Counted from the first letter of the stretch, positions 1 through 10,350 are shown. The stretch: 64,000 nt of DNA from Candidatus Nomurabacteria bacterium (GCA_023898525.1 CP060227.1:823662-887661); one strand, 5' to 3'. Numbers and translations are program-made. Notes: generated from the letters alone by a model not told the origin.

Positions 1-674
1 TCTTTTTGTGTGTGGGACCGGTAGGTCAAGGTAAGTCAACTACACTGGCTTCCATGATCAATGTGATCAATAAGACGCGTTCAGAACATATTGTGACTAT
101 TGAAGACCCGATTGAGTATGTGTATGCTGAGGAAAAATCTTTGGTTGACCAAAGAGAAGTTGGTATAGACACCGGTAGTTTTCATGAAGCTCTTAATGCC
201 GCTTTTCGTCAGGATGTGGATGTGATTCTGGTGGGTGAAATGCGTAACGCGGATACTATTTCAACGGCCGTAACTGCGGCTGAAACTGGTCACTTGGTCT
301 TTTCTACTTTGCACACGAATGACGCAGCCCAAACTATTAACCGTATCATCGATTCGTTTCCTGGTGATCAGCAGTCTCAGATACGGGTTCAGCTTTCTAG
401 TTCTCTAATTGCTATCTTTTCGCAGCGTCTAATCCCACACATAGCTGGAGGATTAGTTCCAGCATATGAGCTTTTGATCAACAACACCGCTGTCTCTAAC
501 CTGATTCGAGAGAACCGAATTCACGAAATACCATCAGTGATTGAGACCGGTCTTGAGCAAGGGATGATAGACATGAATCGTACCTTAGCTCGGTTAGTAC
601 AAAATGGCGATGTTACAGTTGAGAATGCTTTCACTTATTCGACTAACCCGAAAGGATTGGAACGTTTAATTTAA
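1..674 (+). CDS. pilT: Type IV pilus retraction ATPase PilT-like (PilT/PilU family), C-terminal portion; 5' end lies outside the window
   Basis: Walker A GPVGQGKST. Asp box DPIEY. His box LVFSTLHTND. The ORF is open to position 1. Confidence 0.85.
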   Translation, partial: FLCVGPVGQGKSTTLASMINVINKTRSEHIVTIEDPIEYVYAEEKSLVDQREVGIDTGSFHEALNAAFRQDVDVILVGEMRNADTISTAVTAAETGHLVFSTLHTNDAAQTINRIIDSFPGDQQSQIRVQLSSSLIAIFSQRLIPHIAGGLVPAYELLINNTAVSNLIRENRIHEIPSVIETGLEQGMIDMNRTLARLVQNGDVTVENAFTYSTNPKGLERLI

Positions 675-677
675 TTT

Positions 678-1904
678 TTGATTATGCTTTTTAATTACGT
701 CGCAGTTGATAATACCAATGCCCAACGTGAAGGAACGGTGGAGGCTGTCACCATAGACGCGGCAATTACAGCAATACAAAAACGTGGCTACACTGTAGTC
801 TCTATCGATCCTGTTGAGCAAGATAAGGGTGGTTTAAAGGGGATGTTCAATATTGAATTTAAGTTTTTCAATTCTGTTTCTAATAAAGAAATTGTGATTT
901 TGTCACGTCAGATCGCTACCTTATTCCAGGCTCACGTGTCACCGCTCAGAGTTTTTCGCTTGCTATCAGCGGAAATTGAAAACCCTCAATTAAAAAACGC
1001 CATGAACCAAATCGTCGAAGATCTACAGGGCGGCAACTCTATATCCAAAGCTCTTTCTAGTCACCCGCACATCTTTTCAACTTTTTATGTAAACCTAGTG
1101 CGGTCCGGTGAGGAGTCTGGATCTTTGGAAAAATCATTTGAATACTTGGCTGATTACTTAGATCGTTCCTATGAAATTATATCAAAAGCAAGGAACGCTC
1201 TGGTTTACCCAGCTTTTGTAGTGACTGTGTTTGTGGCAGTGATGAGTCTTATGCTTACGATGGTGATACCAAAAATCGCTGAGATATTAACCAGCTCTGG
1301 ACAAGATCTGCCGATTTATACCAAGATCGTCATAGCTGTTTCAAATTTCATGGTTGATTACATCGGTATAATATTAATACTACTTTCAGTCGGCGGTATT
1401 ATGTTGTGGCGCTTTATTCAGACTGATGTTGGTCGGAGAACTTTTGATGAGTTTTTGATTTCTATCCCATTTTTAGGTGACTTACAGCGCAAGCTTCTGC
1501 TCACACGTATCTGCGATAACTTAGCTACTATGTTGGAGCGTGGTATTTCTATGGTACAGGCGTTGGAAGTGACGGCTGACGTGGTTGATAACATGGTTTA
1601 TCGCGAAATAATTGAAGAAGCTTTATCTGAGGTTAAGAGCGGACGATCTTTTGGTGAGTCAATTTCTGAATACCCTGAGATTCCCGGGGTCTTAACACAG
1701 ATGGTTAAGGTAGGGGAAGAGACCGGTAGTCTTTCTGAAATCTTAACCACCCTGGCTAATTTCTATCGTCGTGAAGTTAATAACGCGGTAGATACCCTGA
1801 TCGGTTTGATTGAACCACTCATGATTGTGATTCTTGGTGTTGGTGTTGGAATACTTTTGGCTTCGGTTTTGATGCCGATTTACGGCCTAACAAACGCTTT
1901 TTAG
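678..1904 (+). CDS. pilC: Type IV pilus assembly platform protein PilC (GspF family)
   Basis: 408 aa with two T2SS-F repeats and 3 TM segments. Lies immediately downstream of pilT. Confidence 0.85.
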   Translation: MIMLFNYVAVDNTNAQREGTVEAVTIDAAITAIQKRGYTVVSIDPVEQDKGGLKGMFNIEFKFFNSVSNKEIVILSRQIATLFQAHVSPLRVFRLLSAEIENPQLKNAMNQIVEDLQGGNSISKALSSHPHIFSTFYVNLVRSGEESGSLEKSFEYLADYLDRSYEIISKARNALVYPAFVVTVFVAVMSLMLTMVIPKIAEILTSSGQDLPIYTKIVIAVSNFMVDYIGIILILLSVGGIMLWRFIQTDVGRRTFDEFLISIPFLGDLQRKLLLTRICDNLATMLERGISMVQALEVTADVVDNMVYREIIEEALSEVKSGRSFGESISEYPEIPGVLTQMVKVGEETGSLSEILTTLANFYRREVNNAVDTLIGLIEPLMIVILGVGVGILLASVLMPIYGLTNAF

Positions 1905-2088
1905 TGAACTTCCTTTCAAAAATTTACTACACTATCCACAAGTAAACTATTATAAGACACATAAGCTAGTATAATGAATAGTAGCCGACAACGTAGGCGT
2001 TTCCTGCTTACATATTATTCAGATACACAGCTGATATCTGGATCATTAAGTACAGGTATTAATATTTAATAATTCATTAACAATAAAT

Positions 2089-2535
2089 ATGAAAAAAACA
2101 ATGTTCAGTCGCGGCTTCACGCTCATCGAACTCTTGGTCGTGATTGCTATTATTGGTATCTTGGCAGCGGTTGTTTTGGCTTCACTTAATGACGCACGAA
2201 ATAGTGGTTCAGACGCTTCAATTAAGCAAAGTTTAGGCAATCTTCGCTCTCAGGCTGAAATAGTCTACAACACAAACAACTTCTCATACGCAAATGTTTG
2301 TTCTGATACCAAGGTGATCCAGCTTCTTGACGCAGCTGTATCAAATGGTCCGGCTACCGGACACTCATCAGCCGCGGTTTCTGCAACTAACGTTGCTTGT
2401 AATAACTCTGCTGGCGCATGGGCAGCAGCAGCTCCATTAAATGTAAGCGGCTATTGGTGTGTGGACAGTAGAGGAGTAGCTACCACAACAGCAGCTGCTA
2501 CTATAACTTCCGGTACTGACTACGTGTGTGACTAA
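2089..2535 (+). CDS. Type IV pilin (prepilin-type N-terminal cleavage/methylation domain), major pilin candidate
   Basis: N-terminus MKKTMFSRGFTLIELLVVIAIIGILAAV has the G/F cleavage site and Glu+5. C-terminal Cys pair (CVDS...CD). A strong terminator follows. Confidence 0.8.
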   Translation: MKKTMFSRGFTLIELLVVIAIIGILAAVVLASLNDARNSGSDASIKQSLGNLRSQAEIVYNTNNFSYANVCSDTKVIQLLDAAVSNGPATGHSSAAVSATNVACNNSAGAWAAAAPLNVSGYWCVDSRGVATTTAAATITSGTDYVCD

Positions 2536-2563
2536 CCAAAGGTACTAATAATTAATAGTTACA

Positions 2564-2590
2564 AAAACCGCCGAAGGCGGTTTTTGTTTT
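2564..2590 (+). terminator. Rho-independent terminator after the pilin gene
   Basis: AAAAACCGCCGAAGGCGGTTTTTGTTTT: GC stem followed by a T-run. Confidence 0.7.
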
Positions 2591-2644
2591 ACGGTTCTGT
2601 CTGGGCAGATTTCGCCAGTTATTTAGATAACAAATGACGGGTGA

Positions 2645-3499
2645 GTGATATACTTTAGACACATGTTAAATTTATTTTCAGACTTGCCAAGTGATGTTGT
2701 TGTGTTCACGTTTATCTTTGGTGTTATCATTGGTAGTTTTTTGAATGTTGTTATCTATCGGCTGAATACTGGTAAATCTCTAAATGGCAGCTCTCATTGT
2801 CTCTCGTGTGGTGCTAAGTTAAGGGCGTATGAACTGATACCGTTACTTTCGTATTTGATACTGAAAGGTCGGTGTAGAAATTGCGGGTCTGTTATTCCAG
2901 TGCGGTATTTTTTGGTTGAGTTCCTAACTGGTATTTTGTTTGTGGGAGTGGTCATGTTTGTATCGGGTGTGTTTGCTCAACTCTTGTTTTGGTTTGTGAT
3001 GGCTGTCTTGGTGGTGGTTGCTGTCTATGATCTGTACCATTTTATAATTCCAGACAAGCTGGTGTTATTGTTGGTGTTTGCATCGTTTGTGTATCAATTT
3101 TATCAGTTGATATTGGGTTTGTCGGCTATTGAATTTGCTTTTAATCTCGGAGCCGCTTTGCTTGGATCTTTTTTCCTTTTTTTGTTGTGGCGGCTATCTG
3201 ATGGCCGTTGGATTGGCTTTGGTGACGTCAAATTAGCGTTTCCTTTGGGTTTGCTGGTTGGTTACGCTTGGGTGTTTTCATTAATAATCTGGTCTTTTTG
3301 GGTTGGGGCACTGGTAGGATTGTCATTATTGGTTTGGCAGAGGATTAAAACCCGTGGACAACCGCACTTACGTTTCTTAGCGCGAGAGCTTACAATTAAA
3401 AGTGCGGTACCATTTGCTCCGTTTTTGATCGTCGGATTTTTAATAGTATTCTTTTTTTCACTAGATGTTATCTCACTGGTAAGTTATGTTCCAAAGTAA
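2645..3499 (+). CDS. pilD: Prepilin peptidase PilD (A24 family), bifunctional leader peptidase and N-methyltransferase
   Basis: N-terminal Cys cluster CLSCGAKL...CRNCGS. GSFLNVVIYRL motif. Multiple TM helices. Confidence 0.85.
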   Translation: MIYFRHMLNLFSDLPSDVVVFTFIFGVIIGSFLNVVIYRLNTGKSLNGSSHCLSCGAKLRAYELIPLLSYLILKGRCRNCGSVIPVRYFLVEFLTGILFVGVVMFVSGVFAQLLFWFVMAVLVVVAVYDLYHFIIPDKLVLLLVFASFVYQFYQLILGLSAIEFAFNLGAALLGSFFLFLLWRLSDGRWIGFGDVKLAFPLGLLVGYAWVFSLIIWSFWVGALVGLSLLVWQRIKTRGQPHLRFLARELTIKSAVPFAPFLIVGFLIVFFFSLDVISLVSYVPK

Positions 3500-4082
3500 G
3501 TATCGGTCATATAAACAAAACCATTTATTGAGTGGTGGTTTTGGTTTAGTTGAGATGATGGTTAGTATTGGAATATTAGTTTTAGTGATGAGTGTAATTC
3601 TGGCGAATCATCAAGCTTTTAATCATGCTGTACTCCTAAAAAGTCAGGCTTATGAAATAGCTTTTAAGGTTAGGGAAGCGCAGCTCTTTGCTGTTAGTGT
3701 GACCGGTGACTCTGGTGATTTTCGTAAAGTGTACGGCGTACACTTTAATGATAGTACCAGTAATGGTGTGTACAAAGTTTTTAGAGACAATAATGCGACC
3801 CAAAATTATTATTATGATTCTGTCAGTGAGGAATTTGGCGAGCAAGGAGTTTTAGACCCTAGGTTTGAGGTTTCGGATATTAGACTGCTTGGCAGTGCTG
3901 TTACACCAAATGATCTATCAATTATATTTACCAGACCAAATTTTGATGCCCGCTTTTTCACTGGACCACTAACAGAACCAGCTAATGTAACTGGGGCAGA
4001 GATCGATGTTCGTCTTCGTGGTTCGACTAGTCCAGTATATACAATTGAAATTACCAAAACCGGTCAGATTTCGGTAAAATAA
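3486..4082 (+). CDS. Pseudopilin / minor pilin with prepilin-type N-terminus
   Basis: GGFGLVEMMVSIGILVLVMSVILA fits the prepilin signature G-F-x-L-x-E plus a hydrophobic helix. Confidence 0.6.
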   Translation: MFQSKYRSYKQNHLLSGGFGLVEMMVSIGILVLVMSVILANHQAFNHAVLLKSQAYEIAFKVREAQLFAVSVTGDSGDFRKVYGVHFNDSTSNGVYKVFRDNNATQNYYYDSVSEEFGEQGVLDPRFEVSDIRLLGSAVTPNDLSIIFTRPNFDARFFTGPLTEPANVTGAEIDVRLRGSTSPVYTIEITKTGQISVK

Positions 4083-4092
4083 GTTATAGATT

Positions 4093-4764
4093 ATGCTTAA
4101 TTCCTATAAGAAACAGTCGGGCTTTACTCTCATTGAGATGATTGTATCTTTAGGGGTGTTTGCTGTGGTTGTGACGACAGCAGTGGGTGCACTTTTAGCA
4201 ATTATTTCAGCCAATAAACAACTCCAGGCTGAACAAAGTATTATGACCAATTTATCTTTTGCGATGGACACCATGACTAGAGAGATAAGGACTGGGTACA
4301 ATTATTACTGCAACGCTTATGAGAATTATTCAGCTGGTGGCCCCAACAATATTTTTACTGACGGCAATGACCATGAGGGTGTGGCCGGGGCTAGTAAACG
4401 TGATTGTCCGCTGGGAAGGCAGCCGAGCACACATGAGCTGCAAGGAGTTTCTTTTTACGAGGGTGGACAGAGTATTACCAGCTCTGTTTCTAACTCACAA
4501 CGCATAGCCTATTTCTTTGATGGTAACACCAAGGAAATAAAACGGCGAGTTGGAAATGGTCCGGCTCAGTCGGTTGTTTCGTCCGGTTTGGAGATTATAA
4601 ACGCAGAATTTTATGTCACCGGTAGTGAACCGCAAAGTGAAAATGGCAATGATGTTAAACAACCGACAGTAACAATTTATCTGGAAGCAAAAGAGAAAAA
4701 TAATCCAACCGGAAAGATTTATTCATTACAAACGACCGTAACACAACGAATTCTTGATCTATGA
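4093..4764 (+). CDS. Minor pilin (prepilin-type N-terminal domain)
   Basis: QSGFTLIEMIVSLGVFAVVV near the N-terminus. Confidence 0.65.
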   Translation: MLNSYKKQSGFTLIEMIVSLGVFAVVVTTAVGALLAIISANKQLQAEQSIMTNLSFAMDTMTREIRTGYNYYCNAYENYSAGGPNNIFTDGNDHEGVAGASKRDCPLGRQPSTHELQGVSFYEGGQSITSSVSNSQRIAYFFDGNTKEIKRRVGNGPAQSVVSSGLEIINAEFYVTGSEPQSENGNDVKQPTVTIYLEAKEKNNPTGKIYSLQTTVTQRILDL

Positions 4765-5345
4765 AATACAATAAGCAACAACAATCCGGTTTTTCTCTTA
4801 TCGAAACTTTAGTGGCAATTTCGATTTTGTTGCTGGTTATTGTGGCGCCTATGACTATTTCGTCTAAGACAGCCAAGAGCTCCACTTTTGCCACTGAGCA
4901 GATACAGGCTTTTTTCTTGGCACAAGAAGGTTTGGAGTTAGCACAAGCAGCTCGCAACGAATTACAGCTCAAGTATTTTGAAGGTAGCCAACTAGACCCT
5001 TGGGGAGAGTTTGTTAATGGGGCAACTTACGCTGAATGTTTTAGTGGTAGCGGCTGTGGTCTGGAGTGGAGTAGTGCGGTAGCTGACAGTCTGGTTGTCA
5101 GTGATTGTGATACTGGTACAAAGTGTCGCATGTACTTGGGTGTGAACGATCGACAACATTTTACTTATAGCAGTAGTGGTACAACAATTCAGCCGTTTAC
5201 CAGAAAAATTAGGATTACTGCCACACCGGGCGCTACCGACAGGGAGGTTTTGGTGACATCAACCGTAACGTGGCGTACGGGCTCGCTTGTGGCTGACCAA
5301 AAGGTTGAGCTTGATACTTATTTATTTAATACTTATGTCAATTAG
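4761..5345 (+). CDS. Minor pilin (prepilin-type N-terminal domain)
   Basis: QSGFSLIETLVAISILLLVIV. The start overlaps the upstream stop by 4 nt (ATGA). Confidence 0.65.
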   Translation: MKYNKQQQSGFSLIETLVAISILLLVIVAPMTISSKTAKSSTFATEQIQAFFLAQEGLELAQAARNELQLKYFEGSQLDPWGEFVNGATYAECFSGSGCGLEWSSAVADSLVVSDCDTGTKCRMYLGVNDRQHFTYSSSGTTIQPFTRKIRITATPGATDREVLVTSTVTWRTGSLVADQKVELDTYLFNTYVN

Positions 5346-5937
5346 TTTAAACACAAAACAGTCTGGTTTTGCTTTATTAATCTCTCTAATTGTGGTGGGA
5401 GTGGTTGTCTCGGTTGGCCTAACCATACTTGATTTGACCATCAAGCAACTATCTTTGTCTACTAACTCAAAGGATTCAGAGATAGCTTTTCATGCTGCCA
5501 ATGCTGGGCTTGAGTGTGCTCAGTATTGGCGTATTAAAGAGGAAGATAATCTTGAGCAGGGTAATGATGTGGTGTTTGAATGTTTTGGTCAAACCTTACC
5601 AGCTACGTCTAAAGTAAATATTCCTTCCGCTGATTTGATAAAAGGAAATGCACATACTTATGATTTTAAGTTTACTTGGGGAGCTGCTTCACTACAGCGC
5701 TGTTCTGAGGTGCGGATGTTGCTTTTGACTTCTGACGATGGTTCAACCGGGGCTGGGGTTGATAATGTCTCAACTTATATACCAGGATATGTATCACCTA
5801 GTGGTAATAATAAGTTTGAGTGTGAACCGGGCGGCCGCTGCACTCTGACTTCGGTACGTGGTTATAATCAGTCGTGTGGTGGTGCATCTTCAGGTGTTTA
5901 CGGTACCCTACAGCGAGAAGTTTTGCTAGAATCATAG
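5335..5937 (+). CDS. Pilin-like protein with an atypical N-terminus lacking Glu+5 (PilX/pseudopilin-like)
   Basis: MSISLNTKQSGFALLISLIVVGVVVSVG. The start is chosen at the internal ATG at 5335 rather than the track start 5287, which would overlap the upstream gene. Confidence 0.5.
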   Translation: MSISLNTKQSGFALLISLIVVGVVVSVGLTILDLTIKQLSLSTNSKDSEIAFHAANAGLECAQYWRIKEEDNLEQGNDVVFECFGQTLPATSKVNIPSADLIKGNAHTYDFKFTWGAASLQRCSEVRMLLLTSDDGSTGAGVDNVSTYIPGYVSPSGNNKFECEPGGRCTLTSVRGYNQSCGGASSGVYGTLQREVLLES

Positions 5938-5941
5938 GGTT

Positions 5942-7960
5942 ATGAAAAATGATTCAGAGAGCCGAAAGCGCCTTAGTGAATTGCGTAAATTGGTTGATTA
6001 TCACCGGCATCTTTACCACTCTAAAGATGCTCCAGAGATTTCTGATCAAGCCTACGACGCTTTACTGCGTGAGTTGGGGGCTTTAGAAGAAAAACTAGAA
6101 GGTAAGAAAAGTCAAATAAGTGAAGCGGTGGGAGGTGATGTCAGTAATGCTTTTGCTAAAGTAAAGCACGAGGTACCGCAGTGGTCGTTTGATAATGTAT
6201 TTGACCTAAAAGAATTGACGGCTTGGGAGGAGCGTCTTTACCGCTATGTTCATAAGCAGGGCATGGAAGTGTCTAAGGTGGATTACGTGGTTGAACATAA
6301 GATTGACGGTTTAAAGCTGGTGATTGAATACAAGGCGGGCGAATTCTTTAGAGCTTTAACGCGTGGTGATGGTGAGGTGGGTGAAGATGTGAGTCATACT
6401 GCTCGTACTATTAAGTCATTACCTAAGCATCTTAAATATCCGGTTGATCTGATCTGTGTTGGTGAAGTGTGGATGGCGGCTGATGAATTTGAAAAATTAA
6501 ACACTGAGCGTCAGAAAATGGGCGACAGTCTTTTTGCTAACCCGAGAAATGCCGCCGCCGGTTCGCTGCGTCAACTTGATCCAGCAGTAGCCAGGTCCAG
6601 GAACTTGTCACTTTTTGTCTATGATGTTGATCGATTTGGGGGGCGGGAAGCGAAGCTTCCCGCCCCCGCGACCCAGTGGGAAGAACTTCAACTCCTTAAA
6701 AAACTAGGCCTACCTACCAACTCCTACCCTAAGTGTTGCCGAACCTTGGCTGAAGTAGAGGAATATTATCAAGAGTGGAAGACAAAGCACGAAGATTTGC
6801 CTTACGGAGTTGACGGGGTGGTAGTAAAGGTTAATTCGGTAGAAGTTCAAACGGTAGCCGGCTACACTGCTAAGTCACCGCGGTTTGGTATTGCTTATAA
6901 ATTTCCAGCCGTTGAAACCACTACAATCGTTGAGGACATCCAATTGCAGGTTGGTCGGACTGGTGTAGTTACTCCGGTGGCTCATCTGCGACCGGTTACG
7001 GTCGATGGTTCGACGGTGACCAGGGCTACACTTCATAACGAAGACCAAATCAAACGGCTGGATGTACGAGTGGGTGATACGGTTATAATTCGCAAAGCTG
7101 GTGACGTGATCCCTGAGGTGGTGATGGTTTTGCCAGAATTGAGACCGGAAAGCAGTCGACCATATAAATTCCCGAGGACAGTAAAAGATTGTGGTGGTGA
7201 CGGTTTGATTGAGCGTATACCAGGTACCGCCGCTTATCGTTGTGTTTCACTTGACTCGGACTTTGTGCATAGGCAACGAATGTATTATTTCGTAGCAAAA
7301 GGGGCTTTTAATATCGATGGGGTTGGTCCGCGAATTATCGACGCTTTACTTGAAAATAATCTAATTAAGGATGCGGCTGACCTCTTTACCCTTACAGTGG
7401 AACAATTTCTATCTTTACCAGGATTCAAAGAAAGGGCAGCCCAAAATGCAGTGACTGCTATTCAAAATGCCAAGCGAGTCTCCTTAGCTCGACTTCTGGT
7501 TGGTTTATCAATCGAACATGTTGGCGAAGAAACAGCCCGGCTTCTGGCCAAGAATTTTCCAAGTATTGAAGCAATCTTAGAGGCTAAATATGAGGATTTG
7601 GTGGTAATTGATGGGGTGGGTGAGGTGATTGCGGATACTTTAGTCTCTTGGCAAGCGGACAAAGAAGAGCAGTCTTTGATCAAAAAGCTGCTGCCGCACT
7701 TAGATATTTATAATGATGAAACAGAGGTTGGAAGTGAGCTTGAAGGAAAGACCTTTGTATTTACTGGTACGCTGACAAAATTTACACGACCGGAGGCGCA
7801 AGATAAAGTTAGAAAATTAGGTGGAAACGTAGCTAGTTCAGTGTCGACAAAAACTGACTATGTAGTAGTTGGTGAGGCGGCTGGTAGCAAAGCCAAGCAA
7901 GCTCGGGATTTGGGGGTGACAGTCTTGTCAGAAGCAGAGTTTTTAGAGCTCGTGGCATGA
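5942..7960 (+). CDS. ligA: NAD-dependent DNA ligase LigA
   Basis: 672 aa. Adenylation motif KIDGLK, OB fold, Zn finger CGG...C, HhH motifs and a C-terminal BRCT domain. Confidence 0.9.
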   Translation: MKNDSESRKRLSELRKLVDYHRHLYHSKDAPEISDQAYDALLRELGALEEKLEGKKSQISEAVGGDVSNAFAKVKHEVPQWSFDNVFDLKELTAWEERLYRYVHKQGMEVSKVDYVVEHKIDGLKLVIEYKAGEFFRALTRGDGEVGEDVSHTARTIKSLPKHLKYPVDLICVGEVWMAADEFEKLNTERQKMGDSLFANPRNAAAGSLRQLDPAVARSRNLSLFVYDVDRFGGREAKLPAPATQWEELQLLKKLGLPTNSYPKCCRTLAEVEEYYQEWKTKHEDLPYGVDGVVVKVNSVEVQTVAGYTAKSPRFGIAYKFPAVETTTIVEDIQLQVGRTGVVTPVAHLRPVTVDGSTVTRATLHNEDQIKRLDVRVGDTVIIRKAGDVIPEVVMVLPELRPESSRPYKFPRTVKDCGGDGLIERIPGTAAYRCVSLDSDFVHRQRMYYFVAKGAFNIDGVGPRIIDALLENNLIKDAADLFTLTVEQFLSLPGFKERAAQNAVTAIQNAKRVSLARLLVGLSIEHVGEETARLLAKNFPSIEAILEAKYEDLVVIDGVGEVIADTLVSWQADKEEQSLIKKLLPHLDIYNDETEVGSELEGKTFVFTGTLTKFTRPEAQDKVRKLGGNVASSVSTKTDYVVVGEAAGSKAKQARDLGVTVLSEAEFLELVA

Positions 7961-7987
7961 TTTTGTTTAAGATGCTATGATGCAACC

Positions 7988-8296
7988 ATGAAGAAAGAAG
8001 ATGTAGAACATTTAAGTCGGTTGGCTAGGGTAAGATTAACAGACTCAGAGCTGGCGGACTTTACTACCGACATATCGGATATTATTGATTATGTCAGTGT
8101 GGTTCAGAGTATGGCGGCTGGAGGTGAAAAAGAGACCGAAACAGAGCCTGAATTAGGTCCACGCTACAATGTTTTTCGTAGTGATGTGGTGACAAATGAG
8201 CCTGATGCTTATACTGAAGATTTGTTGCGGGAGATGCCGTACAAAGAAGGACGCTTCTTAAAGGTCAAGAAGATTTTACAAACTGATACTGAGTAA
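7988..8296 (+). CDS. gatC: Glu/Asp-tRNA amidotransferase subunit C
   Basis: About 100 aa with the typical N-terminal V.HLA.LAR..L...E motif. Lies directly upstream of gatA. Confidence 0.8.
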   Translation: MKKEDVEHLSRLARVRLTDSELADFTTDISDIIDYVSVVQSMAAGGEKETETEPELGPRYNVFRSDVVTNEPDAYTEDLLREMPYKEGRFLKVKKILQTDTE

Positions 8297-8298
8297 TT

Positions 8299-9714
8299 AT
8301 GTTGACGATTGCTGAATTAAGAAAAAAACTGTTGTCCGGTGAAATCACGGCGGTGGAATTGGTGAAAAAAACTTTGCAAGACATCCGCGAGAAAGATGAG
8401 AATATAAATGCTTTTATTGCAGTTTACGATGACGCAATTGAAGAGGCTAAAATGGCCGATGAGAGAATCGCTAAAGAAGGTGATAAAGTGCCACCTCTTT
8501 GTGGTATACCGGTAGCGATTAAAAATAATATTTTAATCAAAGGTAAGAAGGCTACGGCTGCCTCTAAAATGTTGGAAAATTACACCGCCACTTATGATGC
8601 GACTATTATTGCTAAACTAAAAGCGGCTGGCGCCATCTTGATTGGTGCTACTAATATGGATGAGTTTGCTATGGGTAGTTCAACTGAGAGCTCGTATTTT
8701 GGTGTGACCAAAAACCCGCTAGATCCAGAACGTGTACCGGGTGGATCTTCTGGTGGTTCGGCAGCGGCAGTAGCAATGGGTGTGGTGCCGGTAGCGATTG
8801 GTACTGACACCGGTGGATCAGTCAGACAACCAGCTAGTTATTGTGGTTTGGTGGCTTTTAAGCCAACTTACGGTGCAGTGTCTAGAAATGGTTTGATTGC
8901 TATGGGTTCTTCCCTTGATCAAGCTGGCCCGCTAACAAACACTGTGGCTGACGCAGAGGCAGTTCATGAAATTATGGCTGGACTAGATCCCCTAGATATG
9001 ACGACTATCGCCCCTGATACTTATGATGAGGTTGTTATCAAGGATTCTTATACTATCGGTGTACCAAGACACTTTCTGGCTGATGGTGTCGATAAAGATG
9101 TTCTAGAAGTATTTGAGGAACAACTTAAAACTCTAGAGTCAGAGGGACATAAGGTGGTAGATATTGAACTGCCATTGTTTGAACAGGGTTTGGCTGCATA
9201 TTATATAGTTATGCCGGCTGAAGTGTCTTCAAACCTGGCTCGCTATGACGGTATTCGTTATGGTTTGTCAGTAGATGGAGATACATTGCTGGATGTATAT
9301 GAGAAAACGCGAGCCGAGGGCTTTGGGAAGGAAGTGAAGCGGCGCATTTTGCTCGGTACCTACGTGTTGTCGTCCGGTTATTATGATGCATATTACCGAA
9401 AGGCAGAATTAGTGAGGAGCAAAATGCGCCGCGAACTAAACGACGTTTTCACCTCAGTTGATGCGATTGTGTTACCAACTACTCCAACTCCTGCCTTTAA
9501 ATTTGGAGAAAAGTCGAGTCCACTAGCTATGTATCGCGAAGATATATTTACCGTACCCGTAAATTTAGCTGGTGTTCCGGCTATTTCCTTCCCCATGGGT
9601 AAGGTTGAAAGGGAGGGTGTATCGCTTCCGGTTGGGGTACAATATATAGCACCACATGGCGGAGACGCTCGTCTCTTTAATATCGGTAAGCGATTGTACG
9701 ATGAGCGGATCTAG
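8299..9714 (+). CDS. gatA: Glu/Asp-tRNA amidotransferase subunit A (amidase signature family)
   Basis: Amidase signature GGSSGGSAAAVA. 471 aa. Confidence 0.9.
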   Translation: MLTIAELRKKLLSGEITAVELVKKTLQDIREKDENINAFIAVYDDAIEEAKMADERIAKEGDKVPPLCGIPVAIKNNILIKGKKATAASKMLENYTATYDATIIAKLKAAGAILIGATNMDEFAMGSSTESSYFGVTKNPLDPERVPGGSSGGSAAAVAMGVVPVAIGTDTGGSVRQPASYCGLVAFKPTYGAVSRNGLIAMGSSLDQAGPLTNTVADAEAVHEIMAGLDPLDMTTIAPDTYDEVVIKDSYTIGVPRHFLADGVDKDVLEVFEEQLKTLESEGHKVVDIELPLFEQGLAAYYIVMPAEVSSNLARYDGIRYGLSVDGDTLLDVYEKTRAEGFGKEVKRRILLGTYVLSSGYYDAYYRKAELVRSKMRRELNDVFTSVDAIVLPTTPTPAFKFGEKSSPLAMYREDIFTVPVNLAGVPAISFPMGKVEREGVSLPVGVQYIAPHGGDARLFNIGKRLYDERI

Positions 9715-9729
9715 AGTTGGTAAAACTTC

Positions 9730-10350
9730 ATGGATTCAACTTTAAATACTACAACCACAGCTACCACTAACACCGGAGGGGTACCTCTAGAACCAGTTAC
9801 GTTTGATGTTGTATCAGCAGTAGTCGGTCTAATTACTGGCACTTCGTACACCGGAGTGACTGATTTTTTTGGTGGTTTATGGAACGCGTTTGTTATCATA
9901 TCCTACACACTTTCCATCATAATGCTTCTTATTTATGTTTACGCCGCTACTCAGTATCGGCAACTATCTAACTTGCGCTTAGAAATGATGCATAAAAGAG
10001 AGCGATTGTATGATGAGCAGTTTCGTAGCGGTCCAAGAAACAGTCGTTTGGAGGATATTGATAAGCATATAACTTCAGATAACCCAAATGACTGGAAATT
10101 GGCTATTATAGAAGCTGATATAGTCCTGGATGATGAATTAAAGAAAGTTGGGTATACAGGAACATCGCTTGGTGAAAGACTGCGTAGTATCAATACAGCC
10201 CAGTTGAACAGTCTTGACGATGCCTGGCAAGCTCATAAGGTGCGAAACCAAATAGCACACGGTGGAGCAGATTTTGTCCTGACTAAGCACTTGGCCGAAA
10301 ATACCATCAAACAGTACAAGCGAGTTTTTGGGGAGCTGGGTATACGTTAA
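9730..10350 (+). CDS. Hypothetical membrane-anchored protein with a HEPN-like Rx4H motif
   Basis: Thr-rich N-terminus, one TM helix (WNAFVIISYTLSIIMLLIYVY) and a helical C-terminal domain containing KVRNQIAHGG (R-x4-H). Confidence 0.45.
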   Translation: MDSTLNTTTTATTNTGGVPLEPVTFDVVSAVVGLITGTSYTGVTDFFGGLWNAFVIISYTLSIIMLLIYVYAATQYRQLSNLRLEMMHKRERLYDEQFRSGPRNSRLEDIDKHITSDNPNDWKLAIIEADIVLDDELKKVGYTGTSLGERLRSINTAQLNSLDDAWQAHKVRNQIAHGGADFVLTKHLAENTIKQYKRVFGELGIR

